64,000 nt of DNA from Convolutriloba macropyga (GCF_964194025.1 NC_134470.1:53010001-53074000), one strand, 5' to 3'. Shown: positions 12,449 through 25,942, counted from the first letter of the stretch. Made by a program: numbers and translations. Notes: generated from the letters alone by a model not told the origin.

Positions 12449-15285
12449 ATGCGTCTCATTTTTTAAGTTTTTTAACTCGGTGGATGGATAGCTTCTGGAG
12501 GCAAAAAAATGGTTCTGATGAAAATATTATCAAAAATCTTAGCAACATTTCATTGAAAATTGCATTTGTTTTCAATATTTCTTTTATTTTAGTCATTTTC
12601 TAAGTTTGTCAATCGATATGGGGAAACAAAACCTTTATAGATATTGCAGATAGGTTACTGGAAAAACTCCAGTGAAAAAATGTGGTTAAAAACTCCTTAA
12701 TATTGAGAAATCAAGAATAATTCTTTAAAATTCCCCATTTTCTTTTTATTAAAGTATTTGTCATATTTCTCAATTTTTGCTAATTTTAGTGGTCAGCAAA
12801 GCTCTTTCATAACTTGTGCTTGGGTTAGTGGGTATATTTAATTCGATGAAATCTGGCTGTCAGTGTATAAGCCTCAACAGTTTTTCCAATGGTTATATTT
12901 TTGTTTAAATTGTTTCATTTTTGTTTCTCAACTTTTGAGAATGTTTTTGCTTTTGTCTGGCGTAGTTCAACCGATCTGCTTTTAATGTACAATAGTTCTA
13001 GATTTTTCATTCAAACTTTCGGATCGTTTTTCAGAACATGTCGTCAAGCTTTTTTAATACGACTGTTTGACGTCACAATCACTTCAAATCTTCGTTTTGT
13101 TTAATCGTTCATGCAATTTCAATTACATGCGTTACGTCATTTTTCAATCTAAATGCAGATAGTTTTTTGCTCATTTGCATCTTTAAGTTTCTGATCACAT
13201 CTGACTTACCTCGCTCTCCAAAAAGGCTTCCTCAATCTGAAATTGATTTTTTTCACTCTAACTCAAAATGATGCGGTCAAGTGTGTGCCTCTCACTGTAA
13301 GTGAAGCGTTTTTACGAGCAACTAATAGAAGCAGCAGTAATTTAAACAGATTGCTAGAACTAAAAAATATCTAATTATTTCTTGCATTTTGTAATCTTCT
13401 TCCATTTTCTATAACATTTGGGGAGTCCTAATGTTCAGTTTTCTTGTTCTAGTCTTTTTGTCGCCTTATGATTGAGTTTTGTTTTAATTGTGAGATGTTT
13501 TTGGTGAATATAATTGAGTAATTTTAGGGAAAACATTGAACAATTTTTGTCCATTTTTATTTTTTTCAAGTTTTTGTTGTCACTTTGTTAGTTTTTTTGA
13601 TCCTAAGCGGCGTTTGAAACCTCCTCCAGGCTTTGTAAATAAGTGTTTGCATAGTTTCTAGTTGCGACGGAACGGTTTTCAACAATTTAACGTCGAGAAT
13701 TACAGCTACTTTGTGAAAAAAAAAATTTTTTTAAGGTCTTTCTAAAATTTTTGCCATTTTTCGATTTTTGCGAACCTCAGGGGCCGGAAAATTTCCTCCT
13801 TTGTCTGATAATATGTTTTTGCATATTTTTTTGGGGCAATGAAATTGTTTTCAACAATTTAATATTACAAATTTTTGCAATTTTTTGACAAAAAGTGAAA
13901 TTTTTTCAAATTTTCTGAAATTTTTTTCATCCAGTTTTTAGTTTATCGATCTTTATGCGTCTCATTTTTTATATCTTACAACTGGGTTAATGGATAGCCT
14001 CTGGAGACAATAAAATAGTTCTGATGAAAATATTATAAAAAAGTTTGCGATTGTTTTCAAAATTTCTATACTTTTAGTCATTTTCTAAGTTTATCAAGCA
14101 ATACGGGGAAACGATTTTTTTTAGGTATTGCAGATAAGTTACTAGAGAAACTCCAGTGAAAAAATGTGGTTTTAGACCCTTTAATATTGCAAACTGAAGA
14201 ACATTTCTTTAAATTTTCCAATTTTCATTTTTTAAAGTTTTTGTCATATTTCTCAATTTTATAAAATTTTGGTGGCCAGTAAAGCTTTTTCATAACTTTT
14301 GCTTGGGTTAGTGCGTATATTTTAATCGATAAAATCTGGCCCTCAGTGTATGAGCCTCAGCAGTTTTTGCAATGATTATAATTTTGTTTAGTTTGTTTCC
14401 TTTTTGTTTCTCAACTTTTAATATTATTTTTTTTTGGCTGGCGTTGTTCAACTGATCTGCTTGTCAGGTACAGTAGTTCTAAGTTTTTAATTCTGTTTTT
14501 TGGATTGTATTTTAGGACTTGTCGTCAAAATTTGTGTTACGAATGTTTGACTTTACGATCACTTAAAGTTTGCTTTTTGTTCATTCGTTGAAGCAATTTC
14601 AATTACATGCGTGACGTTATTTTTCAGTCTGAATGGAGATAGTTTTTTTGTTCATTTGCATGTTCAAATTTTTGGTCACACCTGACTTACCTCGGTCTCA
14701 AAAATGACTTCCTTAACCTGAAATTGATTTTTTTTCTGACTCAAAATGATGAGGTCAAAATGTGGTTTTGAACTCTGTAAAATTGCGAAATCAAGAATAT
14801 TTCTTTAAATTTTCCCATTTTCATTATTTTAAAAATTTGTCATTTTTCTCAATTTTGCTAATTTTGGTGGCCAATAAAGCTCCTTCATAACTTTTGCATG
14901 GGTTAGTGGGTATATTATCGATGAAATCTGACCGTCAATGTATAAGTCTCAACAGTTTTTGCGATGATATTTTTGTTTAGTTTGCTTCATTTTTGTTTCT
15001 CATATTTTGAGATTGTTTTTCTTTTTGGCTGGCGTTGTTCAACTGACCTGCTTGTCAGGTACAGAAGTTATAAGTTTTCCATGCAAATTTTTGGATTGTA
15101 TTTCAGGACTTGTCGTCAAGGTTTTTGTTACGACTGTTTGACTTTACGATCACTTCAAATCTGCTTTTTGTTTATTCGTTCAAGCAATTTCAATTACATG
15201 CGTGACGTCATTTTTCAGACTGAATGGAGATAGTTTTTTGTTCATTTGCGTGTTTAAATTTTTGTCACACCCTACTTAACTCCAG
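11900..15285. repeat. Diverged T-rich segmental tandem repeats (~1.5-kb unit plus ~0.55-kb sub-unit)
   Basis: Blocks recur: cctcaggggccggaaaa (~12270, ~13775), gggttagtg.gtatatt (~12820, ~14305, ~14900), gcaatttcaattacatgcg (~13110, ~14595, ~15185). Confidence 0.8.
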
Positions 15286-15949
15286 CTGTTTTTATTTTCG
15301 TATGCTAATTGCTTCTCTTCCCAATGTTCTCTACAATTGATCCCTCAGCCGAATAGGCCAAAAATAAGAGCGTGTTTTTATTGAAACAAACACGCTTGCA
15401 CCCTTAACTAACTTTCTTTAGTTATTTGAGATCTGAGAAAATGTTTACCAGGGTTCACCACTTTCATCTAACGATAAGTTTCAATAATTTATTAGTTTAT
15501 GGAATAAGAGGACTTTCTCTAAATATGCTGAAACAAAGTTTTATTGACTGAGAGGAAAGAAATCGTACCAAATGAAAATGAGTTTATTCAGGTTGAAGCT
15601 ACTTGGCGTTCGAAACAGATGTGTACTTGGCCCACTATTAATTTTGATGTTCTCCGAAAAGCTTTCTGATTATGGCTATATTTGTGGTAATTAACTGCTC
15701 TCGAACGAAGATTGAAGCAATAATTTTAAACGCAGTGGCCTTTTGACGACTGGAAGAGGAGTATTGAGATTCTTCTGATTTTTTTTTAGCTGACGCCAGT
15801 TTGTCTGTCTTAGAACATTAAACTCTGTTTTTCAACATTGTACTTTAACAATAGCGTAGCTATTAAGATAAAGTACTTAGGAACTGCTGGTAAAATTCAA
15901 GGTGTATTTTGATCTCATTAAGGTCCTCCTGCCTTTCTAAGTTAACTCT

Positions 15950-16115
15950 TCTTACCCTCCCCCATTTACCCCACCCCCACCTATCTACACTCCAACACCT
16001 ACCTACCTACACCCCAACACCTACCTACCTACCACCCATCTCACCTGCCGACCCCCCTCCCACCTACCGATCCCCGACCACTCACCGCCAACCTACCTAC
16101 CCCCCAACCCACATT
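15950..16115. repeat. C-rich low-complexity tract (cctacc/cacc)
   Basis: Direct composition. Confidence 0.8.
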
Positions 16116-17164
16116 CCTAAACAAATTTGTAGTTTCTAACTAAAAATTGCTTTGTTTGTATTGTTTCATATTTTTTTATATTTTAATTGAAATAATTGAG
16201 TTTTTGGATGTTTTATGTTTGTGCCCCCCCAGCTTAGTTGAATATTATTTGCACCCCCAACAACACGTGAAATATTTTTACATACTGTTTTACTATTTAA
16301 TGGCACGTGCTCTGTAATGGGGTGTGCATGAAGTACTGGGAGGCACAAACGGTAAAGATCCGAGTTTTTATTGCACGACTCTTCGAGTCGCATGGTTTTA
16401 TGCCTGCAAAATTTTTATGGCTATAAAATTTTCGCTCGACCGATTTGACTTTTCCAGTGATTTTAGTGTCCTTGACTTTTGCGTTTTGAGTGATTTAAAC
16501 TTCGCTCTTATTCAAAATTGTAAGCAGCTGAACTCAAGTGGCGGCAGATCACTACTAAATCTTAACTGAAAATTGCGCCAATATTGGTGTCATTTTTTTT
16601 CACTTTAAATCTTTTAGTGGTTATAATGGTAAAAGATAACCTCTAATGACGTCATTTGAACCCCTTTGGCCATTATAGTTAAGAGTTCAGAGATCCCAAT
16701 GATCGCGACATTTATTCCAGAACAGTAGCAGAATTACTACAAAACTTTTTAATTTGATCAATTGAGAAATGTTTGTCATTAAATGTTTGGAACTCAAAGT
16801 TAAAGCTTTCATGGTTGTACAGGGTTGATGTTTAAGGCTAGAATTACTGTCGTTCTTGTCAGAATATGCATCAGTATGGCATTTTTCGCTGAGACTAGAA
16901 AACGACACTAAAAACGTACTTTAAATAGTTCTGCCAAAAAGTCTGGCCTACTCCAGAGTGTGGTGCGCTGACAACCGCCTTTGATCAATCAGACTTTCAT
17001 CCCCTACAGATGTCAAAACCTTTTAACTTCAAGCAGACTCAACGTGACCACCTCTTTGGTCCTGTGAAAATGGTCCGATCAGTTGTGTTTCTTTAGTTAT
17101 TGCCATCTCAGCTGGGTGCATAACTTAAACAGAAAAATAGTTGATTAATATTTATTATTCACAG

Positions 17165-17273
17165 GGTTAAGTCGCTCTTCGATGGTGATCAGTTGTCCTC
17201 TATCTGGTCAGTATTGCCCAGAAGTGACAAATTGAAGAAGGTGACATCAGATGCAGACTGCAGGGCTCTACAG
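17165..17273 (+). CDS. Candidate host-gene exon of unknown product
   Basis: Acceptor ttattattcacag, strong donor CAG|gtaagg, open frame VKSLFDGDQLSSIWSVLPRSDKLKKVTSDADCRALQ; phase-compatible with 4763-4938. Confidence 0.4.
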
Positions 17274-18077
17274 GTAAGGATATTGAGTCTTTTCCGTCTA
17301 TGTCCCTAGTCGTGAGAGCTTGCCTACTCTGCAAGTTCTCAATTTGAAACCCAGGAAGTTGTCGCTGTGATACTGTTAACAAGAAAATTTTTTCACGATC
17401 TTAAGTAATTTTTCATTTTTAATCGTGTAACATATGAGTTTCTGACAAATGTCTTGAGATTTTGCAACGATTTGTTGAAACGTTGTAAGACATTTTATCA
17501 TGTTTGATCCCATAAAAGTTTTTAGTTTTTATTCCATAAAAAGATTTCACATTAAATACAAAAAATCTGCCTGACAAAAAATTTTATTGTGAATAATCTT
17601 ATTAAAACAGAAGTCAGAAAAGTAATATACTCAAAAGTTAAAATAGTAACGTGCCATCCAAGCTACCGTTTGCAGCACTTTAGCTGTATCTCCGAAAAAT
17701 TGCCGAAAAGCTGTTGTTGCAACTTTTCAATGGCAGATTGATCTTAACCCAACTAATTATTGATTTAGCCCCACTATGGGCTCTATAAGAAGAAGTCCAT
17801 TAGCGCTGAGCAACAAGGTGGTTCAACATAACAACTAACTGCAGGTAAATCCTTTAGACATATAACTTATGCAAGTTTTCAGCAGTTGTCCTTAAATTTT
17901 TGTGCGTGTCATACGGGATGGATATTATCATCAGAATGTCCATTACCGTATTTTAGTTCAGATTTAATCTTTTCATCCAATTCAAGGGCAGTTGATCTTA
18001 ATTCAGTTCCTCATGTATCATTTGATTATTTTTTGATGATTATTCAACCAGGTAGACAGGAGACTGTCTGTTCATAC

Positions 18078-18406
18078 TATAAACAAACTTCTAATTCCTT
18101 TTTAAACTGTTATTAAGCCCATAATTTGATAATTTCCTTTTGATCTAATTTTCATTATTCTGTTTTCATTCATCTCATTTGCATCTCTGTAAATCAGTTG
18201 CAATTTAAAGTTTGTCAACTGCTTTTCAATTAGCAAGCTTGATTAGCAAGCAATTTTCATGCCTTTCGCGCCGCGAATGCTCAGTTCATAACTCGGAATT
18301 CAGCCAGTGAATACTAAGTTGGCAATCGCATAGCAATTGCCTTAGTTAGTTGGTAAAGATACAATTGCTACTCATTTGACTAGTCACAGAGTAATTGAGT
18401 ACAACA
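18078..18406 (+). repeat. 5' LTR of Gypsy element (left end approximate)
   Basis: Homologous to 25005-25302. Confidence 0.85.
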
Positions 18407-18421
18407 TGGCGCAGTCGGCAG
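18407..18421 (+). promoter_or_regulatory. Primer binding site, tRNA-Ser
   Basis: TGGCGCAGTCGGCAG directly after the LTR CA; complementary to a tRNA-Ser-type 3' end (CUGCCGACUGCGCCA). Confidence 0.8.
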
Positions 18422-20242
18422 TCGACTCTCGCACGAATCTTCTCCACATCGACGCGTTCTGGCAGAAAACTACTATCACACCACCACTTTCGTGGTTTAA
18501 ATGGACGCAACAATGGAAATTGGCATTGCTGGCTAAAGAGAGGATTCAATTGGAAACTTTGTTTAATGGACCACTTCCAACGGTTACATACCCACCTGAA
18601 CCACTATATAAAGAACTCGTGGACAATCTTACTGAACGGGAAAGAAAAATCCGCAACCAACAATTAAAGGTAACTTGGCAAAATAGATGCAGTAAGATAC
18701 ATGAAATTGGTTTTTTGTGCTGGGATAAACCTTGGTAAAATTGCGAACAAAAAGCTGCATCTCTCCTCTACCAATGTATTGGAAAAGTAGGTCGTCGCAT
18801 CTTTAAAAGCAATCACCCCCACTTCGAAATCGAAAAAGTGCCGTTAAAGGAACTTTGGCGAGTGATGAAGGATTCATTCATAAAAGCTAGAAACATACCC
18901 TATGATCGTTTTGTTTTCTTCTCTTTTAGACGACAAAAAGGGGAATCAGTGGAAAATTTCTATGGACGTCTCATTGAACGAGCACAAAATTGTAGTTTGG
19001 GGGATGAAAAAACAACTCTTATTAGAGATTCTTTCATACTCAACATGCAAGATCACGACACTCAAAGAGAACTCTTGAAAGAGGCAGGATCGCCTGCCAA
19101 AGCTCTTGAATTTGCAATGCAAATGGAAATGGAGGCGCAAAATCAACAGAAAAACCAAAATATGAATACTAACGCTCAATCTGTCAACATTTTCAACAAT
19201 TTTCAAGGACGCAATTGGAATGCGAGTTACCAGTAGCCACGAAAGACTTCACTCGCTATCCAACTTTCCCTCAAAACTAACAATATACAAGCATTTGCGC
19301 TATTTGTGGTCAGCGCTGGAGTCATAACCACCGCCAAATTTTCCCCACAAATCGTAAGAAATGCAATAATTGTGAAATTATAAGACATTTGGCAAAAAAG
19401 AGTGTGGCGAACCTAAAAAATCAGAAACTCGAACGTCAAAACTTCCACGAGCAAATATCGATCAGATCGAAACAAATACCACTAAAAGCGACTGTCAATT
19501 ATATAACAAGTTATCAACAACTCCACAATCAAGTCTATGATTCTAGCTACGATAGTGACTCTGATGACTATGTGGCAGCTATCTCCAGTGATACTGCAAA
19601 CCAATTACAACTCCTCAATGCAAAAATTCTTTATTGAAACATCTTGGCAAACTCGATGATTGACTCAAGCAATGTATGCAGTCTCATCACAAAAACTTTC
19701 GCAAACAGAATCCTCAAAACTACACCACTTGCAAGATGGATTACTACGAAACAGGACAAAGATCTCGAAACATTCATTTTCGAATGAACCAATCAAAGTT
19801 TCAGGAAAACTTTCAACAACAGTCACATACAATGATTGGACCTGTGAAGAGGCTTGCTTAACAGTTGTGTAGGACGGACACAAACTAATTATTGGGAAAG
19901 ATCTTTTCAACAGTCATGGCCTGGCAGTGGTACAACAACAAACAAAAAGGGCAAATGTTTAAACAATAATGATAATTATACATGTAAAATTAAACAAACA
20001 ATCGCGTGGCAATTTACACGCCTAGTCTCAAGAATTGGCCTCTCAAAGACTCTCAGCAAAGCCTCAAAAAGGTCGTCGCGTTCCGAATAATCTACAACCT
20101 GGAGTTACAATCGAATTAGATCGTCTACAAAAAAGAAGGACATATTGAAACATTCTCTAGCTGCTCTAACGAACACTTTATATCACCGATAGGAATCACA
20201 GTAAAGAAAGATCAATCTATAAAATTAGCATTAGGTTATAAA

Positions 20243-20948
20243 CTATGTCCAACTATGTTATCCAACTATGCTGGGCAAACAAGCCGGCCTGCTACCACAA
20301 GGATAACAGAACATCAAAAGAAGGATTCACTGGTGGGTCAACATCTGGTTGAATGTCGTGGCGCCACGAATGACATTGAATGGAAATTTGTGGACGCCTG
20401 TCGGATAGTAGAAAAACTAATGATTATCGAAGCTTTATATATATATCAGCAAGCTGAAGCCGGCACTAAACACACGCGATGAATATAGGGGGAGGGAACT
20501 CACGCTAAAATATTAGTTCAAATCATAATTTTGACTAGATGAGAATACATAGGACAAAAAACATTTTGTGCATGACAAAACGAAATTTGCAAAACCTCCA
20601 TAAGAGGGATACTTATGGTTAGGGCAAATTCGGAATAACCCTAAAAATACAAGAACATGGCCGCAATCGAAAAATCCGGAATAGGAATGTTTTTAAATAA
20701 ATTGATAACAGATGTAAATACGAGTTGTTAATAGGCTAAATATTGTATATAGGGAAAAATTTTCGATTGTTTTTGAAGAATAGTTCCTTGAATTGTTTTA
20801 ATTGTCATCTCAGACAAATGTAAATACAGATTCATTTTATCTTTTAACAATTTGTAAAACAGTTTTAACCTGACGATGAACGTAAAGTTCGAAAACGTTT
20901 GTTTTAAATATTGGAAGTAAATTTAATTTGACAAATTGGTTTCCTTTA
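20243..20948 (+). mobile_element. 5'-truncated Penelope-like retroelement (GIY-YIG C-terminus plus 3' region) inserted into the Gypsy RT
   Basis: YAGQTSRPATTRITEH...SLVGQHL...KLMIIEALYI..KPALNTRDEY; flanked by a 14-bp duplication cattaggttataaa (20229-20242, 20949-20962); removing it rejoins RT IKLALGYKVFKKLIHK. Confidence 0.85.
20863..20908 (+). ncRNA. Candidate minimal hammerhead ribozyme of the Penelope-like element
   Basis: CTGACGA-T-GAAC(gtaaa)GTTC-GAAA followed by palindromic acgttt; stem I is short and imperfect. Confidence 0.6.
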
Positions 20949-23443
20949 CATTAGGTTATAAAGTTTTTAAAAAATTAATTCACAAAAAAAATATCAAATG
21001 CCCAACATCGAAACGTTAATAGATTCAATTTCACACCACCTTACAAACACACAAAACGGTCAACCAGCCTATTTTTTAACAATAGATCTCAAATATGCCT
21101 ATAGTCAAAAACAATTGCATAAAGACACCGCAAAACACTGTAACTTCAATATCATTTGTGGAGAATCCACCGGCACCTATAGATTTAAGACTGGATTTTA
21201 CGATCTTACTGACATGCCAGCTGAATTTCAAAAAGCAATGGACTATATACTTGTAGGCCTTCAAAACACCTATTGATTCCTTGGCGATACTGTTATTGTT
21301 AGCACAGGATCAGAATCCGATCACCTTTGTTATGTTACTAAATGCCTTAAAAAACTAGACGATGACAACTTGAGATTTAATTGTCAAAAATGCCATTTCG
21401 TAAAAACGGTAATTGAACGGCTTGGGTACAAATTTACCCAAACTGGTATATCACCACTTGAAAATAAAACGGCTGCTATATTAGCAATACCACCACCATC
21501 AACATTTAAACGCCCAATATCTTTCCTTGGGTCAGTACACTATATAAGTAAATTCATATCAAATCTAGCACAGCTTTGCCTCCCCCTTAGATCATTTCCA
21601 AAAAAATCCGCTAAATTTCTGGACTGAAGAACATACGAAACATTTCAACATTATAAACGGAAAAATTGCTGCAAGTACCGAAAATAGCCATTATAATCCC
21701 AAACTGGATGTTCGTGTAAAATGTGGTGCTTCCCGTTCTGGATTGGGTGCTGCCCTCGAACAAAACACTACTGATGGGTGGAGACCTATAGAATTTGAAT
21801 CACGATATCTTAATCCTACAGAAGAACGAAACAGTGTCAATGAACTTGAATTATTGGGAGTCGTTTGGTCAATCGACTACTTTAAATACTACCTCTACGG
21901 AAAGGACTTCACTCTAATAACAGAGCATCGCGCTTTACTATCAAACCTAAAGGAACATAGATCCAACAAGTCCTACAATAGTCCTTTTTCTAGATGGACC
22001 GACCGTCTATTTCCCTATGATTTCACGATTGAACATATGCCTGGAGCAAAAATGGTCTTGTAGACTACATCTCTAGAAATCTTTTTGCCAAAGCTAAGAA
22101 AGTTTCGTCCTACGATGCACATTTTGTGTTGGTGACGATATCCAATTTTCGGCATTCGTTTAAAAACCTAATCAAACAAAAATTACAAACAGTACAAAAA
22201 TTAGATGGTATATTCACCCTTACAAAAATCAAGTAGGTTAATCGCACCGCAAACACCTAATTTAATTCATGGCAATTCGCAAGTTCGGATTACAGCAATT
22301 ACACCACAATCATTATCTCTTAATACTTCATTACCAATCCCATCGCAATTGGCACAGAATAAATCTATTAGTCCCCACTTAAAAACGCCAATCGCGTCAC
22401 AAATATCTTTCAAAATTCAAAACCACAATTTGCACTAAATAAACCGCCATTGCATAAATCACATTTCATTAACAAGTTCGCTGCATCTCCGCTGCAAAAG
22501 TCAGAAACTAAAGAATAGGAAAAATCTGAACAATTAAACCCAATAAAGCCCATATTTGATACCAACTCAAATATTCACCACAAATTTCTCAAATTAGGCG
22601 CGACAGTACAAAATCCCAACTATAAATACAACCAATTCAAAAAAATTTCGCTTTTTGCCCGAAATCGATTCAGTATTCATCATTCAAAAAATCACTCCAT
22701 AAACGCTATCTCCAGTATGCCGAGAATTAAATCAACCAAACCAACACCCACAAAAGCCCGAGTCACCTTCTCGGATAATTCACCCTCCAACACGACACCA
22801 GCAACAAAACCTCGTCCAATATAGAAACAACGCATTCTACGAGTGCCATAAACACCACGGAGGATCTCAAAATGACTGATACGATCAACAGGATCTTCAG
22901 CAAAAAATTGTTGGCGATCTTGACCGGAAAAAATGCCACCTTGAAAGAGGTACGAGATTGCGTTATTCGCAATGACGAGGAACGATTGAAGGATATCAGC
23001 CCCTATATCCATTCATACAGGCGGGACATGAATGTGAAACATGGATGCATGTACATCGATGAGCGTATAGCAATACCCAAAACCATCAAAGACGCTGTGC
23101 TGGAGGACATTCACTCCACACACCCCGGGAGTTTTGCTATGCTATCACTAGCGCAAATCATTTGGAGGCCATATATCCATCGAGATATAGAAGCTATGCC
23201 AGTGAGTGCAAAGCTTGCACGGAAATTGGTAAGATTTTAAAACCAGTGATTCTGCATAGCAAATGGTCACCTTTACATAAATGTATTGAACCGAACGACG
23301 CAATCCAAATAGACTGTGGTGGACCTTCTGTTAATGAAAAGGGTGTAGAACAATTTTTCCTTACAAGCGTTGATCGATCTCAAAATACCCCACAGTAGAA
23401 AAAGTAAATAACGCATCTAGCACGAAGGTAATTAAATTTCTTA

Positions 23444-23445
<2 letters not shown>

Positions 23446-23527
<82 letters not shown>
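23446..23527. repeat. (TA)n microsatellite inside Gypsy integrase
   Basis: Direct TA run between IKFLN and NHRVPRTIR. Confidence 0.95.
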
Positions 23528-23532
<5 letters not shown>

Positions 23533-25004
23533 ATCACCGAGTACCCAGAACAATCAGATTAGATCAAACTAAATGTTTGACAGGCAAAAAGTTTGAAACA
23601 TTTTGTGGTTCTGAAAATAATATTGAACCAGTATATGCACCTGCAAATGACCATAGAGCAATAGGTTTAGTCGAACGTCTCATTCAAACTTTAGAACGTT
23701 AATTATCATGCATGAAAGCACATCTAAATAAAATCTTGAATCTTGAACATTCAATACATGCAATTATAGAACGCTTAAGGCTATTTAGACAAAAAACAAC
23801 AAAAATTTCACAATTTGAAGCACACTTTGGTAGACGTTGTAATACACCAATTTCAAATACCACCACTAAATCGAGTAATAAAAATTTAAGTTATAATAAA
23901 ATAATTAAATATCGTTTAGACAAAGATACCGTCCCAGGAAGATTGTATCTCACGGATGAGCTGTGGGCAGGTACAGGCATGTGCTCCCATGTAGAAATCG
24001 AGAAAGTTATATGCGCTGCAAAGGCCCGAGCTCACGATGAGCAACAAAATCGAAAAGATGAAGAGTCAAGGCTCGTTTGGTCTGAAGGTATCTCCAGACC
24101 TATCCCGCGAAGCGAAGGAGCATACAGGTCAAGATTGGACAAAATACATGCAGCGCACAGACAAAAAAAAAGACCTTGATGGTTTATACGAAGTCCTGGC
24201 CCCAATATATTGACAGACGACCAAAAAAAATTCAAGAAAAGACGTTGGAGCAGAAAATAATTAACCATAAAAAGGATCTAGTGAGAAAAGACTTAGGGAG
24301 CAAGAAGATTAAGCGCAACCACAAGCAACCTAACAACGTCAGTATTGTATCTTCTGGACGATCTTGCATTTCAACCTCCAGTAATGTCGCTCACGCTTCG
24401 AAGATGAGAATCCCCAAATGAAACCCCAAGCACGTTGAGGCATTCCAGAACCGGCCAGATTTGACACAAATTCCGCATTTCAGTCCACCAGTACCAATTG
24501 TGGCTCCACCTACACAACCCGCGCTAGCAGGACCATCTGCGCAGCAAATAACCCCCATTTTGCGGAAAGAAAAGCGAACCATTCAAGTCAGCGACACGTC
24601 TGACTCCGATAAATCCTTATTAAGAAGGAGTAAACTGCGACAAGTAAACAAGCGACTTAAGACGCAGAAAAAAGCCCCCCCAGTCTTAATCCATTGTGCA
24701 AAACATTCAGTATGCGGAAGGATATTCAACAAAACTTCCAATTTCGGATACAACCTTCTTTTGTGTTTCGTCTTCGAGAAATCCAAATGAAAGATGGACA
24801 GTAGATCCAAACCCAAATTTTCCACGCGAAATGATTGTATTAGAGGCGGAAGAATGTTTAGATAATTCTGAATAAACTCTCAAAAAACTCTTTAAAGTCG
24901 GTATTTTACTTTATTGTTTAGTATTTTTCTATTATATAACCGGTGAATAATTACTAATTTTCTGATTTTATTTATTAAATTTTTTTTTCTCCAACAGGGG
25001 GAAA

Positions 25005-25302
25005 TATAATTAAACTGCTACGTCCTTTTTAAAGTGTGAACAAGCCCATAATTTGTTAATTTCCTTTTGATCTAATTTTCATCATTTTTAGTTTTCATTC
25101 ATCTCATTTGCAACTCTGCAAATCAGTTGCAATTTAAATTTAGCAACTGCTTTTCAATTAGCAAGCGAATGCTCAGTTCATAATTCGGAATTCAACCAGT
25201 GAAAACTGAGTTTGCAATCGCATCTCAATTGCCTTTGTTAGTGGGTAAAGATACAATTGCTACTCAATCAATTGACTAGTCACAGAGTAATTGAGTACAA
25301 CA
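25005..25302 (+). repeat. 3' LTR of Gypsy element
   Basis: Follows PPT agggggaaa; homologous to 18078-18406. Confidence 0.85.
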
Positions 25303-25711
25303 GTGCGCATAATATTTTGCGGAAAGATTTGAAAAACGGGCTTCAAAAGTAACGATGATTATAGTTCATCTTCTTACAATTCTACAGGTTGTTGCTTAAG
25401 CTGAAGGTGTGAAGATGAAATTTACTCAAATAGGCCAATATGCTATCTTCAGGCATCTTCGTTGCAATCCAAAATCCTCCTTTCATAAATTTTGTACTTG
25501 TCGCGGTTCTTACATAGCTTTAGAAGTCCCTGGACCCTCGAATTTTAGCGCTGAATCACATCATTTCAAGACTGTAATTTTTCTCTGAGCACCACTACAT
25601 CTGATCATAACTTCGTCTTTTTAAGTCTGATCATAACAAAAAAATCAAGGTAGTCTGAATTTAATTTGAAATTAATCTGAATTTAATCTTAATTTCAAAT
25701 GCTATCTATAA

Positions 25712-25850
25712 TCTGAGAAATTGTCCATGTACGAGAACCTACAGCTGAGAAATAGTTCATATACAAGTGCCGAAGGCTGAGAAATAACTATTTACGAGTA
25801 CCTGCGGTTGCGAAATAGTCCACGCACAAGCACCTGCGGCTGAAGGAAGC
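25712..25850. repeat. Diverged ~32-bp tandem repeat (about 4 units)
   Basis: ctgagaaat...(g/a)ag(t/c)acct.c.g units. Confidence 0.55.
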
Positions 25851-25942
25851 AACTGCTCAAGGGAATGGACCTTCGGATGAAGTGCTATCCAGAGGACCAC
25901 ACCTGCAGCTGAAAAACCGTCCGATGAACAGAGCATTCAACT

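Larger units (their letters stand above)
18406..24790 (+). pseudogene. gag-pol: Gypsy gag-pol, disrupted by stops, frameshifts and a Penelope-like insertion
   Basis: ORF fragments 18376-18738, 18838-19236, 20998-21276, 21370-21627, 21743-22063, 22872-23240, 23712-24179. Confidence 0.88.
18078..25302 (+). mobile_element. Full-length decayed Ty3/Gypsy LTR retrotransposon
   Basis: Paired LTRs ending gtaattgagtacaaca; PBS; gag with two decayed Zn knuckles; protease MIDSS; RT DLKYAYSQ and GFYDLTDMPAEFQ; RNase H ELELLGVVWSIDYF; integrase IHSTHPG, VPRTIRLDQ and IGLVERLIQ; PPT agggggaaa. Confidence 0.93.

Noticed and set aside
15909-16139. Pro/Thr-rich ORF (similar case at 26770-26994)
   Set aside because: Low-complexity C-rich tract
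18070-25310. Target site duplication for the Gypsy element
   Set aside because: Flanks (catac / gtgcg) do not match and the left LTR boundary is uncertain
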